Source of the DNA: an uncultured Holophagales bacterium
GTDB taxonomy: Bacteria > Acidobacteriota > Thermoanaerobaculia > Multivoradales > UBA5704
Length of the DNA stretch: 64,000 nucleotides
Reading direction: 5' to 3'
NCBI GenBank assembly: GCA_963842525.1
Contig: CAWJGT010000003.1
Span: 1,120,001-1,184,000, forward strand
The notes below the pieces were generated by a model. It searched no databases. It was not told the DNA's origin and saw nothing but the letters and a program-made list of their open reading frames with translations. This document shows, one piece after another, positions 49,280 through 59,766 of the stretch (position 1 is its first letter; every line of letters begins with the position of its first letter). A program made the position numbers and the translations under genes.

Positions 49280-49605
49280 AGTCGGAAAGAGATCAAGTCC
49301 ACGACACCCGGCCCACCTATGGGCCCTTGTTCATAGGCGGACCATGCGTCTTGCCAATCCTCTTCGGTTGGCTGGATGGCACGCCCTGCCGCCCCCATCT
49401 CCTTCCAGAGGGCTGCAACGGTCGCGCGGGGGCGCCGAGCTGCGGCGTTCGCGCACTCCAAGAGGACAAGGGAGGTGGTGTACAAAGTCGCCCGCTCCTT
49501 GGAAAATTCTTGGAATGCCTTCACGGCGGCGGGATGCCACTGGTCGCTTCGGTCCCAAAGCGCCAGTAAGCCGACCGTGTCGAGGAAAACCGGGGAGACG
49601 GTCAA
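49280..49605 (-). pseudogene. PIN-domain (VapC-like) toxin, 3'-truncated
   Basis: VFLDTVG, DQWH, TSLVLLE, VVDLISF; the terminal TxD motif is missing where the frame meets the GH94 end. Confidence 0.7.
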
Positions 49606-49814
49606 GGCTGATGCTCGTTGTGCCGGGCCGCCACATCAGTTTCTCCGGACTCGAACCTGGCTTCGAGGACGGCGTAGATGGCGTCCAGGCGCTCCTTCTC
49701 GGCCGGAGGCGCTACGCTCCGCAGCTCGACCTCGACCTCGCTCGATTCCGGCAGGTCTACCGGCTCTGTGGGACGGAAGACCCCGTTCTCATAGACGGCA
49801 TGGATGACCGGCAT
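49602..49814 (-). CDS. DUF104/AF2212-like antitoxin
   Basis: IHAVYENGVFRPTEPVDLPE..EVEV; TGA overlaps PIN start. Confidence 0.85.
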   Translation of the reverse strand: MPVIHAVYENGVFRPTEPVDLPESSEVEVELRSVAPPAEKERLDAIYAVLEARFESGETDVAARHNEHQP

Positions 49815-50060
49815 TCGTGTTTCTCCCTGGCTGGACCCCGTCGGGGCAGCATGCTGCCCGGTAGAGTGTACTACGAGCTCGGGGGCAGCGTCAGGCAGAC
49901 GCGGCCCAGGCCGGGCCCAGGCCTGCTGGGGCTGGCAGCTATCGAGAAGGCGCTGTCGCGGCCGCTGGGTGGGCGCCGGGTGAATCTGCGAACCGCGCAG
50001 GATCTGAGCGCGCATTTCCGCAGCCCGCGCCACGATGATGCGTCCCTAGCGTGGCTGCGG

Positions 50061-50396
50061 CTAACGTATACAGACGTCGAGAAGGTCGAGAACGTCCTCG
50101 ACGAATTCAGTCGGCGCCGGCTCGATGAGCTTGGCGCGACGCATCGCAAAGTCCATCGACTTCACCTGCTCGACCATAACGAAACCGATCACGGACGACG
50201 TAGAGGGTACCGGCAGATGAAAAGGGTATCCACGATCCGTGTTGGTCACCGGGCAGACGATCGCCAGGCCGGTATGCTTGGTGAACAGATCGTTGCTGAG
50301 CACCAGCGCCGGCCTGCGTCCTTTCTGTTCGTGACCCGCCTGCGGGTCGAACGAAATGGTGATGAAGTCGCCCTTCTTCGGGATGTAGCGGGGCAC
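50061..50396 (-). CDS. mazF: PemK/MazF family toxin
   Basis: FDPQAGHEQKGRRPALVLS, CPVT, EQVKSMD. Confidence 0.93.
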   Translation of the reverse strand: MPRYIPKKGDFITISFDPQAGHEQKGRRPALVLSNDLFTKHTGLAIVCPVTNTDRGYPFHLPVPSTSSVIGFVMVEQVKSMDFAMRRAKLIEPAPTEFVEDVLDLLDVCIR

Positions 50397-50642
50397 CTAC
50401 CACTCCTCCTTGCCGACTGGTGGCCCGCTGTCGACCTCCTGCGTCTTGTAGCCTTTCGGGATCCGAGCGACCAGCTCGGAGAGATCGTACTTGGATCGCC
50501 GCACCTTCCTGACTACGATCTCATGATCCCCGGCGATGATTTCGACCTCGTCGCCCAGTGCAATGTCGGTCAGGTTGAGGACGTGCTTGGGCAGGCGCAG
50601 ACCTTGGCTGTTGCCCCACTTTTGAACTTTGGCGATGGTCAT
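50397..50642 (-). CDS. mazE: AbrB/MazE family antitoxin
   Basis: KVQKWGNSQGLRLPK, YDLSELV, GKEEW. Confidence 0.93.
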   Translation of the reverse strand: MTIAKVQKWGNSQGLRLPKHVLNLTDIALGDEVEIIAGDHEIVVRKVRRSKYDLSELVARIPKGYKTQEVDSGPPVGKEEW

Positions 50643-50707
50643 GGCGAGCTTCTCCCTCGCGGGATAGCCTATGTATACACATCGCCGCTGTCAATGGGGC
50701 TGACGCT

Positions 50708-50729
50708 GCCGACCGTGTCGAGGAAAACC
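50708..50729. repeat. 22-bp direct repeat identical to 49570-49591
   Basis: GCCGACCGTGTCGAGGAAAACC at both sites. Confidence 0.9.
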
Positions 50730-50771
50730 AGGACAGGTACAGCCACTAATTCGGGTGCCGAAGAGCGCTGG

Positions 50772-50809
50772 GGACAGGGCCCTCGCCACTTCGGGCGGGG
50801 GCCCTGTCC
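50772..50809 (-). terminator. GC-rich hairpin, probable terminator of the 50824-51103 gene
   Basis: 16-bp stem GGACAGGGCCCTCGCC/GGCGGGGGCCCTGTCC with one mismatch; no U-tract. Confidence 0.5.
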
Positions 50810-50823
50810 ACCTTTAGAAGGCC

Positions 50824-51103
50824 TTAGAAGAGCCTAAGGCCGATGACCTGTGGAGTGACGGCGGCCACGCTGCGGGACAGCCGGACCTCGACGAAGTACA
50901 GGCTCGTGCCGAAGTTGATCGACCCCGCGGGGAAGTTGCTGACGGTGCAGAGAGGGGTCGTGGCCCCGGTGCAGGCATTCACCCGCCAGAGGACGGCGGC
51001 GATGGCGCTCGACGGCGAGTTGTCGAAGTAGGTCAGCTCCAGGGTGGTCCAGGGCGGCGCGTCCGTGAGCCCGCCACCGAAGGTGGACGGTGGCTCTGTT
51101 CAT
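50824..51103 (-). pseudogene. Frameshifted or internally deleted small hypothetical gene
   Basis: AAGGAGGAG RBS + ATG; GC3-rich frame ...PPWTTLELTYFDNS..LYFVEVRLSR..IGLRLF* is out of frame with the ATG. Confidence 0.55.
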
Positions 51104-51375
51104 TGTCTCCTCCTTGAGGCGGTTGAACGACTTCTAACAAGGTAAGGTGCGCTCGCGGTTCCCGGAGGGACAGGGGTAGCGCTGGAGCTGACCGGCGTGG
51201 GGCTGGACGCGATTGGTTTGGGGGTGTCCTGAATGCCGGAGCGGTAGGGCCGCTCCGGATCAGCGAGCAGCCGGATCGCCTCATGAAGCTCTCGCTCCGT
51301 AAAGCCTGCGAGCCGCTCGTCTCCTGGAGCGGCGCCAGCCGATTCCTGGAGGTTCCGGATGCTTTTGTGGGCGAT

Positions 51376-51640
51376 CCGCTCCGCGGAGCGGACCGTCTGT
51401 TCCGCGGAACAGGTCGCCTGTTCCGCGGAGCGGATTGTCCACACTGTGGCGTGAGCGCCCGTTCCATGGTCTGGGTGGCCCGCTCCATGGCCTGGGTGAT
51501 CCGCTCCATGGCCTGGGTGATCCGCTCTGGTCTGGGCGGCCTGCTCCACGGAGCGAGTGGCTCAGATCCCGGAGCGGACGGCCCGCTCCGCGGCTGGATG
51601 GCCCGTTCCGCGGAGCAGCTCGTCCGCTCCGCGGAGCGGG
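51376..51640. repeat. ~21-bp periodic array with palindromic core CCGCTCCGCGGAGCGG
   Basis: Cores at 51376, 51397, 51418, ~51459, 51480, 51501, 51522 and degenerate units to ~51640. Confidence 0.8.
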
Positions 51641-51892
51641 AGGCCCAGAATTCGATGGCGCCGGCTCAGCAGGTGGCAGCCACCGAGGACTACAACCAGT
51701 AGGCCGATCCCGGAAGCACGACCGCAACGGGCTCGCAGCCTCCCTGCCCCCAGATCCTTCGCAAAGCCGCCGTTGAAAAGCCGAAACTGAGATCCCTTAG
51801 CTCAGAGCCGCGGATCGGGTAAGCTGCGGCTGGCGCGCAGATTCGAGGACGAATCCGAGGCAGACAACGCGATTCTACGGGAGGTCCCGACG

Positions 51893-52405
51893 ATGAGGAT
51901 TGTGCGATATCTTTTCGCAGCCGGATACTCAGCCATCTCTCTCCTCTTCTTCGGCTGTGGGATCGCCTTGATCGCCTTCGCCGTCCTTGAGCTCTGGGAA
52001 GGCGTCGTGCTTGGAGCCGGCTTGGAGCCGAGAGTCCGGTTCAATGCAGTCCTCGAGGCCATCGGGCTGCTGACGATCGCGGTCGCCTCGCTCGAGCTGG
52101 GACAGACGATCCTCGAAGAGGAGGTCCAGCGGGAAGCGCACATGAGCGCACCGACCCGGGTGCGGCGCTTCCTCTCACGGTTTCTGATCGTGGTCATCGT
52201 GTCGCTCTCGATCGAGACCCTGGTCGCCGTGTTCCGCCTCATCCATGACGACCCGGCGCGCCTGCCCCAGGCCTCGACGATCGGTCTTGCGACGGCTGCG
52301 CTGCTCGCGGCGTGGGGCGTGTTCATCCGGCTCAACCGCAGCGCGGAGGAGCTCGAGCCGGAAGCGATGGAGAAGGCAAAAAGCGAGGACGACGCCTTGG
52401 AGTGA
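51893..52405 (+). CDS. 4-TM membrane protein (PsiE-like)
   Basis: GGAGG RBS; LELGQTILEEEV, RRFLSRFLIVVIVSLSIE. Confidence 0.75.
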   Translation: MRIVRYLFAAGYSAISLLFFGCGIALIAFAVLELWEGVVLGAGLEPRVRFNAVLEAIGLLTIAVASLELGQTILEEEVQREAHMSAPTRVRRFLSRFLIVVIVSLSIETLVAVFRLIHDDPARLPQASTIGLATAALLAAWGVFIRLNRSAEELEPEAMEKAKSEDDALE

Positions 52406-52430
52406 TCGCAGGCTTGCGAGCACAGCAAGC

Positions 52431-53516
52431 TCATTTTGGCTTCTCTGCCGGCTTTCTGTACGCCTGGAACCATTCGAGGATGCGGCGGTCGCGGTCCTCG
52501 CGGTTGCGGGAGAGGCCGTGGTCGTCGCCGGCGTACATGGTCAGGCTGTAGGTCTTGCCGAGCTCCTGGAGCCGGGAGGCGAGCCGTAGGGCTTCCGCAG
52601 GATCGACGCGCCAATCGGCTGTGCCGTGCAGGATCAGCACGGGGACCTCGATCCGGTCCGCCCAGTGGAGGACCGAGCGCTCGCGGAGAACCTCGGACCT
52701 GCGGGTGGCGTAGTCCGGGATGAGCTCGGCATAGACCTCCTGCATCTCGGGCCGGTGCTTGGCGGTGGCTTCGAGGTCCGTGGGGCCCGCGCCGACCACG
52801 GCCGCGTTGACCGGGATGTGCTGCTTCAGTGCCAGGTACGTCATCATGCCGCCGCGGGAATGCCCGTAGAGGAAGACGTTCCCGGGATCGGCATACCCGA
52901 GGGAACGGATGAGCGGGATCAGGTTCAGGACGTCCCGCACATCCGCGCCCCCGAACTCCTCGCGCCCCTCTCCGCCGCCGTTGCCGCGGTACTGCGAAGC
53001 GACGACCACGTAGCCGGCTTCGAGGAACTGCAGAAAGCCGATCATCCGTTCCTCTTCGAGCTGGCCGAACGCCTGGTTCCCGCCCCGGTTGAAGATCACC
53101 ACGGGGAGACGTCGCTCCGGCGTGCCCGCGGGCTTGAAGAGGAAGCCTGCCACCTGCAGGCCGTCGCTCAGGTAGCGGATCTTCAGGCACTCGTATTTGC
53201 CGTTCCTGAAAGCTTTCTCGAAGCCTTCTTGCCAAGGCGGCCTTCTCGCCAGCAGCTCCTCGCGGACCCGCTGGAGGTTCGGGAGCTCGGCCCCGGCCGC
53301 TGCCGCTTCGCGCGCCCGCGCCTCGAGCAGCTCGAGCTGGCTCTTCACCTCGGCGGCGGTGCGTGCTGCGAGCTCCTCATAGGTCACGGCGTGGAGCGTA
53401 CAGGGGGACTGCGCCACGAGGGTGCCGTCCGGCCTGGCCGCGCCGCCGGGCTGGGCGGCGAGAGGGTGAGCGAGCCACAGACAGGAGACCAGCACAAGCA
53501 GCGCTCTGTATTGCAT
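52431..53516 (-). CDS. Secreted S9 (prolyl oligopeptidase family) peptidase
   Basis: YLSDGLQV, NRGG, GHSRGG, HGTADWRV, DDHG triad motifs. Confidence 0.92.
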   Translation of the reverse strand: MQYRALLVLVSCLWLAHPLAAQPGGAARPDGTLVAQSPCTLHAVTYEELAARTAAEVKSQLELLEARAREAAAAGAELPNLQRVREELLARRPPWQEGFEKAFRNGKYECLKIRYLSDGLQVAGFLFKPAGTPERRLPVVIFNRGGNQAFGQLEEERMIGFLQFLEAGYVVVASQYRGNGGGEGREEFGGADVRDVLNLIPLIRSLGYADPGNVFLYGHSRGGMMTYLALKQHIPVNAAVVGAGPTDLEATAKHRPEMQEVYAELIPDYATRRSEVLRERSVLHWADRIEVPVLILHGTADWRVDPAEALRLASRLQELGKTYSLTMYAGDDHGLSRNREDRDRRILEWFQAYRKPAEKPK

Positions 53517-53655
53517 CGGGTCTCTCCTCCACATCTTTGAGCAAACCGTTTCGCGGAGCCGATTCTAGGACATGAATCCTCCCTTGACGCTGTCTTTCCG
53601 GCCCCATAAGCTCCCCCGAGCTCGCGCAAGAATGTATCCCGAGAAGGAGATATCG

Positions 53656-55645
53656 ATGCAAGCAGTCAGGCTGCAGGCTTTGCTCTGGACGGTCGCCCTT
53701 GTTCTGCTCCTGGGAGGACCGGTGCCCGGCACGGCGCAGCAGGCCACCCATCCCCTCGATCCGCTGAGCGCTGACGAGATCCGCGCGGCGTCCCGCGCTC
53801 TCCATGCCAGGCCGGGCTTTCCTCCGGGCGCGGCCTTCGCCCAGATGTCCTTGAACGATCCTCCCAAGCAGGAGATCCTGAGGTACCAGGGTGGCCGCTC
53901 GTTCACCCGGCAGGTCTTCGCGATCCTCTACGACCGGAAGACGAACAAGACCTTTGAAGCCCTGGTCAACGTCAAGGATCTGAACAGCCCCAAGGTCGAC
54001 TCCTGGAAGGAGGTCCCGGGAGTCCAGCCCATGGTGCTCGAGGAGGACGGCGACATCCTCGAAGAGGTCCTCCGGGACGATGAGGGTTGGAACGCGGCCG
54101 TCGAGGCCCGCGGCCTGTCGCCCGACGACGTCACGATCGACTATTGGGCCGTGGGCACGGTCCCCGAGCAGTACCGGGGACGGAGGCTGCTGCGTGGGTT
54201 GACCTACTATCAGGCCGACGCCGCCAACTTCTACGGCCAGCCCGTCGAGGGGATCACCGCCCTGGTGGACCTGAACAGCCGGGAGGTCCTGGAGCTGCAC
54301 CAACACCCCCGACCCGCCACTGCCCGGTCCCGGCCAGGACTTCGACGAGGCCTCCATCCGCGAGAGCCTCGGCAAGCTGCGGGAGCCCCCGAGGCCGCTC
54401 TCGATCACTCAGCCCGAGGGCCCGAGCTTCGAGGTCCGCGGCAACGAGGTTTCCTGGCAGAAATGGCGCTTCCGTTACCTGATGCACCCGCGGGAGGGTC
54501 TCGTTCTCTATCTGGTGAGCTACGAGGACCCGAAGGGCAAGCCGCAACCGGTCCTCTATCGCGCCTCCTTCTCGGAGATGGCCGTGCCGTACGGCGACCC
54601 CGCGGGGAACTGGAACTGGCGCTGCGCCTTCGACGTCGGCGAATACGGGGTGGGCAAGAGCTCGGGCACTATCGCGCCCAAGCTCGACGCCCCTGAAAAC
54701 GCCGTGCTGTTCAACACCGTCTTCGCGAACGACCTGGGGCGGCCGGTGGTGTACCAGAACGTCGTCGGGATCTATGAACGGGACGGCGGGCTCCTCTGGA
54801 AGCACTGGGAGACGGGCGGCGACCAGTGGAACAACGAATCCCGCCGCGGACGTGAGCTGGTGGTCTTCTCGATCGCCACGGTGGGCAACTACGACTATTC
54901 GATCAACTGGATCTTCCGCCAGGACGCAGCGATCACGGTGGAGGCCGGCCTGACCGGCATTATGCTTCCCAAGGGTATCGTCCAGGAGACCCACTCCCAC
55001 GACGCGAGCGGGCACCTCGTGGCGCGCCGGGTGGTCGCCCCGCACCACCAGCACATCCTCAACTTCCGGCTGGACTTCGACGTCTACGGCACCGGGAACT
55101 CAGTCGCCGAGATGAACACGCACTCCATGCCGCCGGGGCCGGAGAACCCGTCGGGCACCGCCATGGTCATGGAGGAGAAGGTCCTGCCGCGCGAGAAGGA
55201 CGCCCAGCGCGACATGAGCCTTGCCGACGCCCGCACCTGGCGAGTCCTCAATCCGGTGCAGAAGAATTCGCTCGGCCAGGAGCGTGGCTTTATCCTGGTG
55301 CCGGGACCGAACTCGGTCCCCTACGCCCTGGAGGGGTCGCTGGCCCGGAGGCGGGCCGGCTTCATGGACCATCATATCTGGGTCACCCGCTACCGGCCGG
55401 GGGAGCTGTATGCGGCCGGCGACTATCCGAACCAGAGCGAGGGAGGCGACGGCCTGCCGCTCTACACCTCCAAGAACGAGTCGATCGAGAACACGGACGT
55501 GGTGCTCTGGTACACCATGAACGTCACCCACATCCCGCGGCCGGAGGAGTGGCCTGTCATGCCGACCACCAACGTGGGCTTCCGCCTGATCCCGGCCAGC
55601 TTCTTCGATGCCAACCCGGCGCTGGACGTGCCGTTGCCGCGGTAG
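53656..55645 (+). CDS. tynA: Copper-containing primary amine oxidase; frameshift near 54298
   Basis: HPLDPLSADEI; SEMAVPYGDP, FDVGEYG, TVGNYDY (TPQ site), HHQH, HIPRPEEWPVMP. Confidence 0.9.
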
Positions 55646-55676
55646 AAGCTCGTTGAAGGCGTGAAAGGGAGCTTGC

Positions 55677-56489
55677 TCAGAGCGCCATGAAGGACTCGGC
55701 CGCAGCGGGCTCGGCCTTGACCTCTTCCTCTTGTTCTGCGGTCGGGACGGCCCCTGTGTTCTGGACGAACGTCTGGACGATCTGGGTGGCCTGATGGAGA
55801 TAGTCGAGAACCTGGCTCACCCCGGTCTCGAGGACAGCCGCCTCCCCAGCGGGGGAGCTGGCCACAGCCGCGACGACTTCCGCAGGTTGGCGGATGGGGG
55901 AGGAATCGACCTGGAGTCGCCGGCAGAGGTCCAGCCCACGGGGCGACAGACAGTAGAAGGAGGTCGCGGAGCTCCCCTGGGCCCTGCCCTGGACCCGCAG
56001 CAGGAGACCTTCGGAATGGAGCTGGGCCAGAACCTGTCCGACCCTCGCAGGGGTCGGCGCATCGGGCAGGGTCAACTCGGCATGGACCTCCCGGCGTCGC
56101 AGATATCGTCCCCGGCGCTCCAACAGAACCCGCAGGACCTCCCGCTCGACCTGCGAACGCTCGTGGCTGGCGAGCCTGGACTCGAGCCGCAGCCCTTCGA
56201 GCGCCCGGTCGGCGGTCCGGAAGAGCAGGAGGGTCGAAGCGAGCTCGAGCGCGATCCGGACGCGAGGATCCGAGATCTCGGGTAGGTATTCTTCGAGGAG
56301 CGGTTGCGCCTCCAGGAAGTAGTCCAGGAACCGGCGAGGAGCCTCGAGGTCGCCCTGCGCTACCTTCTGCCAGAGCAGGGACATCGCATGCCGGAGATAA
56401 GCGCTGCAGAGATCCGGCTCTCCGGTCTCGCTCTCCGCAAGCCTCTCCAGCTCTCGCAGGAGCTGGTCCTGGAGGCTCGCCGAGGTCAT
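55677..56489 (-). CDS. Hypothetical protein with central winged-helix (MarR-like) domain
   Basis: EREVLRVL..RREVHAEL..PARVGQVLAQLHSEGLLLR..YCLSPRG. Confidence 0.65.
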   Translation of the reverse strand: MTSASLQDQLLRELERLAESETGEPDLCSAYLRHAMSLLWQKVAQGDLEAPRRFLDYFLEAQPLLEEYLPEISDPRVRIALELASTLLLFRTADRALEGLRLESRLASHERSQVEREVLRVLLERRGRYLRRREVHAELTLPDAPTPARVGQVLAQLHSEGLLLRVQGRAQGSSATSFYCLSPRGLDLCRRLQVDSSPIRQPAEVVAAVASSPAGEAAVLETGVSQVLDYLHQATQIVQTFVQNTGAVPTAEQEEEVKAEPAAAESFMAL

Positions 56490-56625
56490 CCGACGGCCGT
56501 CGCTGCGAAGTGTGGGTCCCTTCCACGGCTCGCCTCCTTTGCCGGTGGCCTCGGAGAGCTCTTCCCCAGGGCCGTTTCCTGTTTCTATCTCTTTTGGGCA
56601 GGAGTGTCAAGCTCAGAGGAGTACC

Positions 56626-58255
56626 CTATTTTCTCTTTCTTGCGGTTTCCCCTTCGCCCCAATGGACCCCAAGGTCGACGATCAGCCCAAGCTCCCTCTT
56701 CCCGCCGAGCCAGGAGAGCCCGGCTCGCGACAGGTCTCCCGGCGACGATTTGTCCGGCCATCCCTTCGGGGGCTTTGAAGAGCGGAAGTTGAAAAACTCC
56801 GGGTCGTGCTCATAGCGCCAACGGAAGTACGTGGAGGCTTCTCCTTCGGGCTCATAGAGTGCGACGTTGCAGATCGCAAGACTGGGATTCCCCGTCGTGG
56901 GTGGGGTGCAGATGCAGTGGGCATTGACGAATATCGTGCCGATCCACTGTTCCGCCATCTCTTCCGCGAACCGTTCGAACGGCCCAGTTTCGTGGGACAT
57001 GGAGACCAGGAACAGGAGGTCGGGGCGTAGCTCCCGAACGAGGGGGACATAGTCTTGAGGATCTTTCTCCAGGGCGTCGGCACAGATGAGGACCGCCAGC
57101 GTCCCGAGAGAGGTCTCAAGGATCTGGAGCTCCGAGCCCCCCTTGATGCCTTCCAGGAGCTCGCCCGTGACCTTGTCGGAGGGAGGGTGGAAGAGCGGGC
57201 TCTTGGCCGCCGCGCCTCCGGTGATTTTGTAGCGCCCCCGCTTCTGATGGCGGAGGAGGTCCAGACCGGGACGGTGGAGCAGAACGGACTCGTTGAAGGG
57301 CAGGTTCTCCACCGCGGACGACCATACGTGAAAGCTGCCCGCGATCACGCCATAAGGAATCCGGGAACGGCGCCGCTGGAGCGATTCAGACAGAAAGCGG
57401 CGGCTCTCCGGAGGAACGCAGAAGCTCGGGCAGGACGATCAAGTGGACCACCTGATTCCGCGCGGCCTCCAGGACCTCGGCAAGATGGATTTCGAGGCTC
57501 TCTCGGTTCCGATAGGGCTCGGACTTCCCGATGGAGAACGTGTTGCCTTTCGACCCCACTTCGAAGAGGGGGTGGAACTCGCCGGCGAGCGGACAGAGGG
57601 CGATCCGGAAGCCCGCGGATCCTTTCGTGGCGTCATACCCGCTGTCTTCGATCAGGGACAGATCGCGCTCCGGGCAGGTCACTACGCAGACATGAGGTTT
57701 CTGATCGTCGACCCAGAAGAGGCGGAGCGTGTTGAGGTGGTCGATCGGGTTGGGTGCCGGGGGCAGAGGCCGGTTCGGTGGAGCGGCGTCGTACCTGGAG
57801 CGGCGCAGGGCAGCCAGCTCGGTTCCCCAGGGGCGGAGCCAGTGGCGGATCGTGCCGCGGACCGGGGGACGGTTCTCGTGCTTCAAGGGGTCCAGCTCGG
57901 TGTAGGGCGGAAACGCCAGGCTCTCGCCAGGACGGGAGTGGGGGCTGAAGTGATTCTCGATGACTTGGAGGGCTCCGACCAGACGGCGATAGAGGGGCTC
58001 GGGAGCCAGGTCGAGGGACAGCGCTTCGAGATCGGCCAGCGTCTTCTCCAGCGTCCCTGGGGCTTGCTCTTCGTCCCACCGGGTCAGCCCCGGGACGCGT
58101 TTTTCCTTCAACAGCAGAGAGCAGACTGCGAAGAGGTGCGCGGCGAGGTGGATCGGCTCGTAGTCTCCCTTCTGTCGGGCCAGGGCGGCGCGCTCCTTGA
58201 TCATCTGGATGGCGGCCAGTAAATCCAAGCGCGGTGACGTGTTCTGTGGCTCCAT
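56626..58255 (-). CDS. Carbon-nitrogen hydrolase (nitrilase-fold) protein with long helical N-terminus; frameshift near 57420
   Basis: LIVLPEL (Glu), IAGSFH, NESVL, HQK (Lys), LAVLICAD (Cys), FVNA; removing one base joins the two ORFs (PELCVPPESRR...). Confidence 0.75.
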
Positions 58256-58332
58256 ACCTCCAAGTTACTTCCGGCCGAGATCTTTGACAAGAGGGTAAAC
58301 GGGAAGCCGTTCTCCCACGGTAGGATGGGGAG

Positions 58333-59688
58333 ATGACGCGAGAGGTCCGTTTTCCCGAAGGGTTCCTGTGGGGGGCGTCCACCTCGGCCTTCCAGGTCGA
58401 GGGCTCGCCCCTGGCGGACGGGGCGGGGCAGAGCATCTGGTACCGCTTCACCCACACGCCCGGCCTGGTCGCCGGCGGCGACACTGGCGACGTCGCCAGC
58501 GACCACTACCGCCTCTGGGAGTCCGACGTGCGGCTGATGCGTGAGCTCGGCCTCAATGCCTACCGCTTCGGCATCGCCTGGCACCGCGTTTTGCCGGAGG
58601 GGACCGGCCGGGTGAACGAAAAGGGCCTGGACTTCTACAGGCGGCTGGTGGACTCGCTCCTCGACAACGGCATCCGGCCCATGATCACCCTGTTCCATTG
58701 GGACCTGCCGGCTGCGCTCGACGACCGGGGCGGCTGGCTCAACCGGGACAGCGCGAGCTGGTTCGCCGAGTACGCCCGTGTGGCCTATCAGGCCCTGGAC
58801 GATCGCGTGGACCTGTGGACGACTCTGAACGAGCCCTGGGTGGTCACCGACGGTGGCTATCTCCAAGGCGTCCTGGCGCCCGGCCACAGAAACGTTTTCG
58901 AAGCCCCCATCGCCTCGCACAACCTGTTGCGTGCCCATGCCGCGGCCGTGGAAGCCTACCGCGCCGAAGGGCGGCACCAGATCGGGATCGTCGTCAACCT
59001 GGAGCCCAAGTACCCGGCCACCGACCGGCTCGAGGATCTGGAAGCGACCGCCCGTGCCGACGCCTACATCAACCGCCAGTACCTCGATCCGCTCTTCCTC
59101 GGCCGCTATCCCGCCGAGATGCGCGAGATCTTCGGCGAGGCCTGGCCCGACTTTCCTGAGGCCGACCTGGACCACATCCGCCGGCCGATCGACTTCCTGG
59201 GGATCAACTACTACACCCGCAAGGTGACCCGGCACGATCCGGCCGCGCCGCCCGTCTGCGCCGGCGGTGTCCGGCAGCGCCAGGCCACCCACACCGAGAC
59301 CGACTGGGAGGTCTATCCCCAGGGCCTCGCCGATTGTCTCCTCGGTGTGAAGCACCGTTACGGCGACATTCCCCTCTATGTCACCGAGAACGGCGCCGCC
59401 TTTTACGACCCGCCGGCCGCGGACGGCCGGATCGAGGACCCATTACGGGTCGACTACCTGCGCGAGCACCTTAGGGTCGCCTACCAGGTGATCCAGGAAG
59501 GAGTGGACCTGCGCGGCTATTTTGCCTGGTCGCTCCTCGACAACTTCGAGTGGAGCCATGGCTATTCGAAGCGTTTTGGCATCGTCCACGTGGACTATGC
59601 CACCCAGCGACGAACGCCGAAGGCGAGCGCGCGGTTCTATTCGGAGGTGATCCGGACGAAGGGGGCGGTGCTGGGCGGCAACGATTGA
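58333..59688 (+). CDS. GH1 beta-glucosidase
   Basis: FPEGFLWGASTSAFQVEG, TLNEP, GINYY, VTENG, WSLLDNFEW. Confidence 0.96.
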   Translation: MTREVRFPEGFLWGASTSAFQVEGSPLADGAGQSIWYRFTHTPGLVAGGDTGDVASDHYRLWESDVRLMRELGLNAYRFGIAWHRVLPEGTGRVNEKGLDFYRRLVDSLLDNGIRPMITLFHWDLPAALDDRGGWLNRDSASWFAEYARVAYQALDDRVDLWTTLNEPWVVTDGGYLQGVLAPGHRNVFEAPIASHNLLRAHAAAVEAYRAEGRHQIGIVVNLEPKYPATDRLEDLEATARADAYINRQYLDPLFLGRYPAEMREIFGEAWPDFPEADLDHIRRPIDFLGINYYTRKVTRHDPAAPPVCAGGVRQRQATHTETDWEVYPQGLADCLLGVKHRYGDIPLYVTENGAAFYDPPAADGRIEDPLRVDYLREHLRVAYQVIQEGVDLRGYFAWSLLDNFEWSHGYSKRFGIVHVDYATQRRTPKASARFYSEVIRTKGAVLGGND

Positions 59689-59766
59689 AAGGGCTCCCCT
59701 GGTTCGAAATCAGAGCTTGTCACTCCGCCTCCTGGAGAGGATGATGGGGGCGAGAGGAGGTTTGCC

